Below are positions 54,001 to 64,000 of a stretch of 64,000 bases of DNA, piece after piece (position 1 is the first letter of the stretch; the number at the start of each line of letters is the position of its first letter). The notes beneath the pieces are model-generated. The model saw nothing but the letters and a program-made list of their open reading frames with translations, searched no databases and was not told the origin of the DNA. Source of the DNA: Chrysomallon squamiferum (Eukaryota; Animalia; Mollusca); the NCBI GenBank assembly GCA_012295275.1, contig CM022678.1:8990001-9054000 (forward strand), written 5' to 3'. The position numbers were made by a program, and so were the translations under genes.

Positions 54001-54699
54001 GAAGTTATATACATAGGTAATATGTTTAAATTATATATGTAAGTTTATAATAGGATCTTCTCTTTCTCTATCTATCTATATATATAAATATACATATATG
54101 CAACATTTGGTGGAAAAAGTGGTTTTGTAATAGAGGTATAGTATATTTAGAAATCTGTTAATATCTTGTTTTTAGAACACTTTATATTGCTAAGATAAAC
54201 CAAAAGAAAGTATAGAATGTTGTATTGATTTTAGCATATCCTATTTTATTGTTAAGAGATTATCACTACTGTTGTAAAGTTTATCACTTTACTGGTGAGC
54301 AGTTGTGTAGTGAGTAGTTCTACTTAAAAATTAAGATTGTTTCCCAGAGGCAATCTAAAAACAAATACATTTAGATTTATATCTAATAATATGGAGGTAG
54401 ACATTGTTACCGAGGTTAACTACCTATTCCTTATTTTAAGTAAATCCTTGATTATTTTGTATAAAAGCTATACTGGATGAATGTGGTTTATGTAACATAT
54501 ATCTATATGTGGAGGTGAAGATCTTGTGGTTATAAGATGCTGTTAAAAGAATGTTGTAGTCAGTTGTTACAAAAATGGAAGAGACATAAATTCATGAAAA
54601 GGAATTTATTATACAATGCTTAACGGTGAATTTAAATTAGAACATTATGTTTACAGCTGCCAGTGGAAAATGCTGGAGCATTATGTAAATACAGAACCA

Positions 54700-54880
54700 G
54701 TAATGTCAAACTTCCTGTGGTATCTGGTAGATGGTTTAATACTGAAAGGGTAAATATAGAACAAGTAATATCAAACTTCCTATGGTATCTGGTAGATGGT
54801 TTAATACTGAAAGGGTAAATATAGAACAAGTAATAACAAACTTCCTGTGGTATCTGGTAGATGGTTTAATACTGAAAGGG
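54700..54880. repeat. 65-bp tandem repeat, ~3 copies
   Basis: CTTCCT(G/A)TGGTATCTGGTAGATGGTTTAATACTGAAAGGG at 54711, 54776 and 54841. Confidence 0.95.
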
Positions 54881-56964
54881 AAGAGAGAATATTTCATTTA
54901 TGTAATTCTGATATTGGTGATGAGTTCTACTATATTTTTGAGTGTACATTTTTCTCTTTTGAGATAAGTAAATATATACCACACTAATATAGACTTAGAC
55001 CAAATATAATAACATTTCAACATTTATTTTATGGAACAAAAAGCATTTCACTTTTGTATAAACTTGTCATTGAGAGAATCAGTCTTCTGGGTTAAATACA
55101 AATTAATATGTTTTGTATCATTACAGAAAATACTGTTTAAATTAGGTTCTTTTTACGTGTTATCAATACTGCTTGCATTGCAGTCTTGTCTTGTCTTCAT
55201 AGATGTTGTAAGTGCTAATTAGGTGCAGTAAAATGTATACAATCTTGAATCTGAAAAGAATTAATGCTGCAGGTGTGATAAGTGAAGCAGAAACAAATGT
55301 TTCTTAGCTTTGTACTTGCTTAGATTGAATATCTTTATCTCATTGGACCACTGACCTTCTTATAAATAAAATAATTATTAGTTGACATTAACTGATTTAT
55401 TCAACTGGTATGTCAGATAAAAATCAATGTTGGTATGAAACCTTAATACAGAAGTGATAATTTGTCAAATAAAAGAGAAAAGAAGTGAAAATATTTCAGT
55501 GTTTTTATTCTTTAATTTTAACTAATGTTTTATTACTGCTACATCAGAAGTGCTAAGACCACCTTCATTATGACGACTTCAAATACTGTTAGTAATTACT
55601 ACCACTACAAATACCAACTACTACTAACTACTATTAGGACTACAAATATTACTATCACTAAAATTACTGACTACTACTAACACTGAAAGAACTAACTAGT
55701 GTTAGGTTGTTTGCTTAGTAGATAGATAAACATGTGCTCTGCAATTCATGGATACTGCGTGATATGTAGTTATATTACTTACTGAGTGAATCAAATAGGT
55801 GAAATTACAATAAGTAAACAATGTCGAATAGCAAATGGTAAATAGATAACAGACGCAGGTTAGTGCAGAGCTTTAAAGAAGCACATAGTTATGTACATTC
55901 AGTAATGTCTTTTACTGTCAGTTATGACATGCAGTTCTATAGTCACGTACAAACAGCAATATTGAGAATGTGCAGTACGATATTACAGCTGAATAATTAA
56001 TATTCATTAAAATTCTTATTTCCATTAAGGCACAGACATTAACTGATACATTTAATAAATCCTTACTTCTACAGTATTTTTGATGACTGCACTGAAAAAA
56101 CAACTGTGACAAATCTTCCAGAAAGTCATTTTTTTTAGGTTAGTATTGTTAATTTTATTTTATATGTTTTTTTTTTTTTGTTTATGTCTTTGCAAAACTT
56201 GAGATGAATGTTTTTTCTCAGATATATTAAGTTACTAAAATCCCATAATTTCACATCCATACATTGATATATGTTTTATAATGTTGTCATTCAAATCTGA
56301 CAGTCAATTTATAAACTAATTTCTCAATATCTTGTTTTAGTGCAGAAAACTGTGTTGAGATTCATTGAATCTTTCTTGGTATTTATGAAGGATTCAGAAC
56401 TAATGAAATCAGTTCCAAGTATTTGACTGGAGTAACAATTTCTCTTTCTTTATTATTATTATACATCAGTCTTAGGGAAACAATTCTGAAAGTGACTTGA
56501 AAACCAATAATTTTCAGGTTTCCCAATATATTTCAAACGAATCTAGCTGATGATATAAATCACCCGGTTTTAGTGTGTGTGTGAGTGTGTTTTCTTTTTT
56601 TTTTTTTTTTTTTAATTCAGTGCTGTATGAGCATAAAATCACATAGATAACTTAATGTATATTAACATTTTTCATAAATACACGTGTTACTTTTTGTACC
56701 TGAAGACTATACCTACATCATTTATGTATAATGAAAATGAGAAAGATGACAAATTTTCTTCTTGTCTTACTTGAAAATTGAAAGAAAACGTGATTTGGAA
56801 AATGTAGGGTGCAAAAATGTATTAAATCTATAATTAAATAAAATCTATTGTATAAAAATATCTACTTGAATAAAATACGTCAGTTTAAATATTGCATATC
56901 CTCCACTGCTTTAACTAGTGACTTTATTATTTTCAGAAATAAATAAGAAGAATCACAACCCGGG

Positions 56965-57145
56965 ATAAAATGTGAAGTGAGTAAAATAATTCCATGAAAT
57001 AAGAAAAATAGGAATTTATAGCAGAGAGAAAAGGTTTAAATGCGAAGTCTATATGGAATGAATTTTCTAAAAATGAGAATATAAAAATGAAGATGGCAAC
57101 TCACAGGAATGAAGAATTATTCAGCATCCATACTGGTAAGAAACC
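56965..57145 (+). pseudogene. Decayed C2H2 zinc-finger array remnant
   Basis: KCEV..., EKRFKCEV / NEFSKNENIKMKMATH and IHTGKKP (Kruppel-type linker), with frameshifts. Confidence 0.6.
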
Positions 57146-58003
57146 GACTGCAGGTCAGTGTCGCAGTTCTGTGTGATGCAGAGAGCAACACTGCACCACT
57201 GTCGTCCTCACTTGTTGGTGCAGCACAGTCGTCTACATGAGAGATGTGAAAAGCAAATTCAAGTTAATATTTTCATATTCTGAAATAGAAAACTGTTTGA
57301 ATTGAAGTCCGTGTTTGAGGTTAGTTTTTGTTTTTCCTTTCGAATGAAAAAAATCTAAACTTGAGAGAGAGAGAGACAGAGATTTACATTTTGCTTCACA
57401 ATCACTGAAACTTTTTTCCAGACAAGCAATTTTATTCTGTATCTTTAACATTCTGAAATTATACTTCAGTAAAGCTCAGCCCTGAAAAATAATACATGAC
57501 ATTGCAAAACAAATTTTGGATTATGACAGAACTGATTTGGTCATTTTATTATTATTGTTATTGTTATTATTATTATTATTGTTATTATTATTGTTATTAT
57601 TATTGTTATTGTTATTGTTATTATTATTGTTATTGTTATTGTTATTGTTATTATTATTGTTATTGTTACTGTTATTATTATTAATGTCGCCATCATTACC
57701 ATCGGTGTATTTCTTATTTTATTTGTTCAATATCATTTTAGTTTTTTTCTTCTTTTTCCTTTTTTTTTTCTTTCTTTTTCTTGGGTTTTTCTTTCTTGTT
57801 CGTAATGAAGATGTTGGTGATATTTAATTTTGAGCACTGTTCCTGGTTTTTTTTTGATGGATTTAAGCAAAATTTTCATCTTCTTTCCAGGCAGATGTTG
57901 CTTTTGAGATGGAAGCCGATGTTGATGGAAACTCTTTTGACTCTCTGCTTCTGGTCTGTCTATGTGTCTGTTTAATATAGTAGCAGTAGTAGTAGTAGTG
58001 GTT

Positions 58004-58036
<33 letters not shown>

Positions 58037-58271
58037 TTAATAATAATATTACAGGTACCGGACCAGTTATTCAGACTCCTTGGGGCCTGAGGCATTCCTG
58101 GCTGATTTTTCTGGTTTTCTGGTACCAAGGCATCTAAATAATTAGACATTTTAAAATTAAACTGTGGCTATTGGACACATGTGGCGAGTGAATGAATGCT
58201 TTTTCTCATTTTCTGCTGATGGTTAAGATATAGTTGCCAAGTTTCTTAATACTGTTTTTCATTTATTTCAG

Positions 58272-58466
58272 GTATTCCAGAATCCAAATCAGACACAAGT
58301 TCTGTACAGGAATTAAGTCTGAACTGCAGTTGTTTAACCAACCAGCTGTTGGAGTTTCTGGTAGAATGTTTCCATGCAAAACTCCTTTCTTTGACAGATG
58401 TGGACATTGGAAATAATCCTGATCTTTGTGTATCTGTCATTGACAATTTAGTTAAACTTACATCAG
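58272..58466 (+). pseudogene. Isolated 195-nt open exon encoding ribonuclease-inhibitor-like leucine-rich repeats
   Basis: ttcAG acceptor and a GC-type donor; reads SSVQELSLNCSCLTNQLLEFLVECFHAKLLSLTDVDIGNNPDLCVSVIDNLV (LxxLxL..C.L and L..vDigNNP patterns). Confidence 0.55.
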
Positions 58467-58625
58467 GCAATTGTTTTTTATTAAAGTAAACATTTTTTTG
58501 TTGAATTTTATAAATTTTAAATGACTATTCCCCTTTTAGCTCTCTCTCTCTCTCTCTCTCTCTCTGACTCTTTTCTCTCTCTCTGACTCTTTTCTCTGCG
58601 TCATTGTTGTTTATTTTTTCTTCAG

Positions 58626-58864
58626 ATATATGTTTGAAAGACGGGTCAGGAATAGCTAATTCTTTACATAATCTACGCCTCACCAAAACATTCTGTGAAC
58701 GGCATCTTCCATCAACTTTTTCCATTTCACCTACGAGGATCTCCTGTACACATGAGACAGTGTACGAGAAAACCTCTTAGCCTTTCTCACAGAGCTGTTC
58801 TTCTGGTTTGAAATGATAAAACTGACAGAGACAGGACAGCTGGTGAATGGTCAGGAAGCAGAAA
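58626..58864 (+). pseudogene. CAMSAP: Orphan pseudo-exon of the CAMSAP/Patronin calponin-homology domain
   Basis: Reads (D)ICLKDGSGIANSLHNLRLTKTFCERHLPST/FHFTYEDLLYT*DSVRENLLAFLTELFFWFEMIK, versus the CAMSAP CH motif ICLK..S.ADSLYNL.L..EF...F.LEDMLY......N...F.AELFWWFE. One frameshift, one TGA; AG and GTAAGT boundaries intact. Confidence 0.85.
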
Positions 58865-58989
58865 GTAAGTTTTGTGAGAGTTTTTAATTACATTGCAAGT
58901 CCACAATTGAATTTTATCTTTTATTAAATGAATTTATGAAATTTATTACTGTACTGGAAACATTGGGATTTTGTCATATTCAGTTTTAG

Positions 58990-60610
58990 TGTTTATACTG
59001 GAGGGGTGTAGCAAATCTGATATAAAAAGAATTTTTTTATAAGTTGACCTTTAATAGTGTGACACTGAAGGCAGGATTTTAAAATAGATGGTGTTGAATA
59101 TACTTTTATAAGTGTATATGCACCAAATAATATTGCAGAAAATATTTTATTTTTAAATGATTATGTAAATTTGTGGATTTTTAAAATACATCAATGACAG
59201 GAGATTTTAATGTAATTTTAGATCCTAATTTAGATTTAGTCATTAATAATAAAACTTTCAGTATGAAAAGTGGTAATAAATTACAGATATTTATAATTAT
59301 AATTTAGTTGATATTTGGCGACACAGAAATCCAGATAAAAGACAATTTACTAGATCACAAGAAGTTGAAAAAAACTATAAATCAGTCAAGAATTGATTTT
59401 TTTTTAATTTTTAGAAATTTATTACAGTTTATAAGTAATGCATATATATCCTATACCTCAGCTGGTGATCACAATTTTTTATCACTTAAAATAGATTTTT
59501 CTCAAGTAGAGAGAGGTGAAGGTATTTGAATTTTTAATAATGAACTGTTGAAAGATGAAATTTTTTGTAAAGCTCTTGTTGAAGTAATTAATAATGCTTC
59601 TGAGTGTCCTTTGTTACAGACTGAACCTGTTGTTTGATCAAATAACTTAAAATATAAGAGATTCTGCACTAAATAAGAGACAGTTAGACAATGAAAAATA
59701 TTATAATATACAAAATGCTTTAAAATGAGAATATGCTAAACTAACTGTAAATAAACATCATGATTTGAGTAACATACAAAGAAGAAAAGTTAAACTTAAT
59801 TGAGAGATTAAGTGTAATGGTGCTATTTTAAGATCTGAAGCTCAGTGGAATTTAGATATGGATAGAAATATGTAATATTTTTCTTAGTTTAGAAAAAGTC
59901 AAAACAGGAATCAAATTCTATTAAAGAACTAAAAACAGTAAATGGATTAACTAGAAAAATGGAAGATATATTAGAATATGCTTATGAATTTTATTCAAAA
60001 TTATTTACACAAGAAAATGTAGATACTGTTAAACAGGAAGAAATAATATATTTAATATCAAATAAAAGAATCTGAAAGTGTGAGATTGACATTACAGTTA
60101 AAGAATTAACTGAAGCTTTAAAAGAAATGAATAGAAATAAATCACCTGGTATGGATGATCTAACAGTTGAATTTTATGTTAAATACTGGAAAACTAAAAA
60201 AAAAAAATTCATAAAGTAGTTATTTCAATTCAAACAGAGGAAATGTTGTCGCATAGTATGAAAAAAGGGGTAACTAATCTTTTTTACAAGAAAAAACTGT
60301 AGATAAAGCAAACCTTAAAAATTACAAAGCTATCAGTATATTAAATGTAGATTATAAAATTATTTCTAAATTTCTTGCTAGTCGTGTTAAACAGGTTATG
60401 TCAACTATTATTTCATCAGAACAAAGCTGTTGTGTAAAAGGAAGAGATGTTGCTGATAATATTATGTAGTGAGGGATGTTACAGATATTGCTGAGTTAAA
60501 TAATACTGAAGGGTTTGTTGTTAAAATGGATCAAGAAAAAGCTTTTGATGGAGTGTCACAAAGTTTTATAATAAACGTTATGAAAAAAATTGAATTTTGG
60601 TGATAAACTG
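58990..60610 (+). mobile_element. Tx1-clade LINE ORF2 5' part (AP endonuclease plus RT start), decayed
   Basis: SVYAPN (~59111), GDFN (~59200), SRIDFFL, GDH, RGEGI*IFNNELL, NKSPGMDDLTVEFY and DQEKAFD in order. Confidence 0.92.
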
Positions 60611-61229
60611 GTTGTGACAACTTGTGTAAATGATCTTAAAATTGTGTCTACTTAGCAGGGCAAGCTGAAATGTACCAGTGAGGATCTGTCGATGTCCCGG
60701 TTCTCATTAATTGTGTTTTACCTGGGTAGCCTGCCATTTTCTCTCACTTTACTTAATATATAATAAAAACAATGCCATTTTACGCAGTTAATTCCATATC
60801 AGTAATTTTATTATTTTTATTTAGAAACTCTTTTACTTACAGACACTGCCAGTGTGATTATCAGCTTGAAAGAGTCTGACATTTTATCTCATGTTGAGAA
60901 TGTCAGCAGTAATACTAACAGAAACCATAGAAACAGATTCCAGTCAGAATATTTTTGTCAGCAGTTCCTACAGTTCCTAGATGTTTTGAGAAGAAAGCAT
61001 GCAACATCAATAGTGTTAAAAAAAAGGTAAGTTCTTTTTGAGTAATATTATTTATTGTTGTTAGATAATTACATTTTACAGGAAAGAAGAAACTTTAGCA
61101 CTTAAGATGAATTGAACTGGATAAATAAGACACATAAAAACATTAATAATGAAGATGTCATAATGAAGCTGTAGGGTATTTATTTATTTATTTGTTTATT
61201 TATTTATTTATTTATTTATTTCATGTATT

Positions 61230-61600
61230 TTGTGTGATCCTTTGCGGTTTTTGCCAGGGATCTGCAATGGTCAAAGTTGTTGTAGTGATTTCCACCAGAA
61301 CAGCTAAATGGGTTATATCACTGTGCACATTTCATTGTTGTGTGTGACATTTCTGACACTGTCCACACTTAGGTAGCTGCATCAAAAACCAGATTATTCT
61401 TGTTGTTTGGCTTGGAGGTCACGTCGAGATGTTTCGTCCTTGTCACACAGTGTTGCAGTGTGGACTTTGAAATACTCAGAGTCTTTGCTCTATCTCGCAA
61501 CATCTTCAGACATTTGTCCAGTGTGTCTGTGTAAAACTATATGAAAACAGATTTTTATTCAGCAGCTCCTTTGTCTTGAACTTGTACATTTAGTGCTGTT
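61230..61600 (-). mobile_element. Same pogo-like fragment without the expansion
   Basis: Colinear with 3630-4920 but carries a single 45-bp unit (~61436-61487). Confidence 0.5.
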
Positions 61601-63487
61601 TATACTTCTGTACTGATTGATTAGTTTCTGCCATGTTTATAGATCAGAAAGTACATGAACTGGATCTTTATTTCCAGTTTTGTATTTCAATTTAATGCTG
61701 TATATATATATATATATATATATATTAGTAAATGCATTTTGCATGTGTTTATGTGTATGTGATAATTAACACTGACTTCAAACTAAAACTGAAGAGTAAA
61801 TTCTAGATATATTAATTACTTCATAATTTTAGTTAACATCACAAAATTGCAAATGAAAAAAACAACAAAAAACTCTGGAAATCTTTGTAATTGTATAAAT
61901 ACTTTAATCCTAGGATTAAATTAATTTCCTGTTTGAGAATCCATTTTCCCACTGGAATCTAGAACAGCATTTTCCAAATTAAACACTGTTTTAAAAATAT
62001 TTTCATGTTATTATTTAAATTTCTTTTTTTAATTATTCTTAATATGTTAATTCTGTTTTTCAGATGCAGTAGCACAAAAGTCAGGCAGCTGAAATTCTTG
62101 ATTCTCTGGACTGCCTCTGAAATCCTGGTGATCTTCTCAAAGAGGTTATTAAAAATGGAAATGTGAGTGGTTTAGGAAAATGTTGTCTTGGTGTTTCTAA
62201 TTCTGCAGTACAGGTAGCTGTGATCCCTTCTCATTACCTCTCAGTAGTTATGTTGTTGTTGTTGTTGTTGTTGTTTTTTTTATTCACTGTAGTCTTTTTT
62301 CTTTTGGATGACGTGAAACTAAACTCAAAATCGAGACTTGTTTCTGACTCGCTTGTGGCTTTGCATCTGCTAAAAAACTGTTTTTTTTTAAATCTGCATT
62401 GACTATTGAACGAAAACAGATAATATTGAATTCGCTGATAAGAAATGTTGACTTACTAATAATGTTTATGACATCAAGGCAGACATCAAATGAAATAACG
62501 ATACAGAACTCTCTGGTATGGAACTAGGCAAGTCTTAGATTGTAATGTTTATATCAGTTTTCACTTTCTTAAACAATAACTGAATAAGAATTTAAAAATA
62601 TATATATATTGTTTTGTTATTTATTTATTTATTTATTATTAACACTGAACACTCTATGCATTTTTCATTATCAGTAATAGAAAATATATAAATATTGATT
62701 TTGTTTCATAAAAAAAACAATGAAAACTTATTTTTAAAAGACATGTAGTGCTATAAGAAGCATGAAGAAGATGTATTTTCACATGAAAAATATCAAATAA
62801 ACCCAACTTTTAATAATCAACAGTGAAACAGTAAATTAAGTAAAATATTCATTTTTCACAGTGACATACACTGAATTTTTTACTTTTTATTATTATTATT
62901 ATTTGTTTTTTATATTGATCTTGCTTCTTTTTCCGAGTTTTTGGAAGCAGCACATTAAATTTCAGTTTTCACTTTATAAAGAGTTCAGTGCATAATGAGA
63001 TGTGAACATTCATGTTTTTTTTTGTTTTTTCTGTTAAAAAGAAAGAAGTGAGAAGACCTGAAATTAAGGAGATGTGTTATTATCTACATCACAGTCTGAT
63101 GGTGAAAAGAAGAGGTGTAAAGGTTACACCAACTTTTATTGTAAACAAGAAGACCAGTAGACACGAAGAAATATGGATGGGTTTCCAGGTAAGTGCCCTT
63201 TTTAAATAAATGTATTAGGGTGAAGGTATAAATGAATACCAGATAATTAAATGTGAGAGATAGTTTAAAAAGAAGCTCATTGTATATTGAAAATTTAAGG
63301 GTTTTTAACTTTAATAATAAATTAAAAAAGTATCCAGTAACAGATGCACAGATGGATAGAAAGACAGATGATGGATTGATACACTGATTATACAGACTGC
63401 ATGAAAAACAGAGTCAGAAGGTTGATTAGTAGTCATAGTTAGGCAGGTGGTAAGCAAAAGGAATAATAAAATACACACAGACACACA

Positions 63488-63642
63488 GACAGACAGAAGA
63501 CAGACCCTAGAGAAACTGATAGAGAGGAAGATACACAGACAGACAGAAGACAGACCCTAGAGAAACTGATAGAGAGGAAGATACACAGACAGACAGAAGA
63601 CAGATCCTAGATACACTGATAGAGAGGAAGATACACAGACAG
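63488..63642. repeat. 50-bp tandem repeat x3
   Basis: GAAGACAGACCCTAGAGAAACTGATAGAGAGGAAGATACACAGACAGACA at 63496, 63546 and 63596. Confidence 0.93.
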
Positions 63643-63799
63643 AAAGAGAAGGTACAGTGATAATAACAACTAATTTGGACAGTGAGAGAGAAACTAAATA
63701 AAGTTTTATAGACAGAGTGTGTTTGTAGATGGACAGACAGAAATACTGTTGTAATTAGGTGTGTGGACAGATGTGTAGGTAGGCAGGGAGTTAATAAGA

Positions 63800-64000
63800 C
63801 AGAACATATTTTCCCTTTTGATACAGATGAAATATTGTCTCAACCACTTTTTCAGAACCCATTCATTAAATATATAAATAAATTATTGCTGTTTAGTTCT
63901 TGTATTCAAAATGGCTGATATTGCATGTGAAGTAACATCAGGTTTCCTTCCTTTTACATCTGTTGTTGAAATTTTTCATGAAAAATATCTGGAATTACCC
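63800..64000 (+). mobile_element. Tx1-clade LINE fragment running off the window
   Basis: Near-identical to 32680-32880. Confidence 0.9.

Noticed and set aside
58272-58466. Naming the LRR exon as TONSL
   Set aside because: The pattern fits many RI-like LRR proteins and cannot be assigned by eye.
1-64000. tRNA, rRNA, snRNA genes or hammerhead ribozymes
   Set aside because: None recognised; the CTGATGA occurrences I checked (~16930, ~56547) lack the flanking stems and GAAA core.

Overview
AT-rich, microsatellite-rich metazoan DNA (invertebrate-like; species not determinable) with a 200-N gap at 27028-27227 and no intact long protein-coding gene. About three quarters of the window is segmentally duplicated: block X at 1-2915 (partial), 16835-27027 and 36250-43370; block W at 2930-6810 and 60230-63490; block Y at 6373-16850 and 27228-36270. 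An older inverted paralog of part of Y/X lies at about 46965-48370. The blocks are a mosaic of decayed transposons (Tx1-clade LINE, an RTE-X/L2-type 3' end, a THAP-bearing ISL2EU-like deletion derivative, a pogo/CENP-B-like HTH, and a KRBA2/SCAND3-like integrase C-terminus), isolated AG/GT-bounded exons, and minisatellites. Several exon or coding remnants come from unrelated genes (CAMSAP/Patronin CH-domain exon, an LRR exon, a C2H2 zinc-finger remnant). The minisatellites have expanded differently in each paralog, some inside dead transposase coding sequence. Leading hypothesis (inference only): a duplication hub or chimeric spliced non-coding locus, possibly a small-RNA source. Main caveat: the repeat flanking the gap may be an uncollapsed haplotype. 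All family calls come from motif recognition by eye, not database searches, and coordinates of decayed features are approximate.
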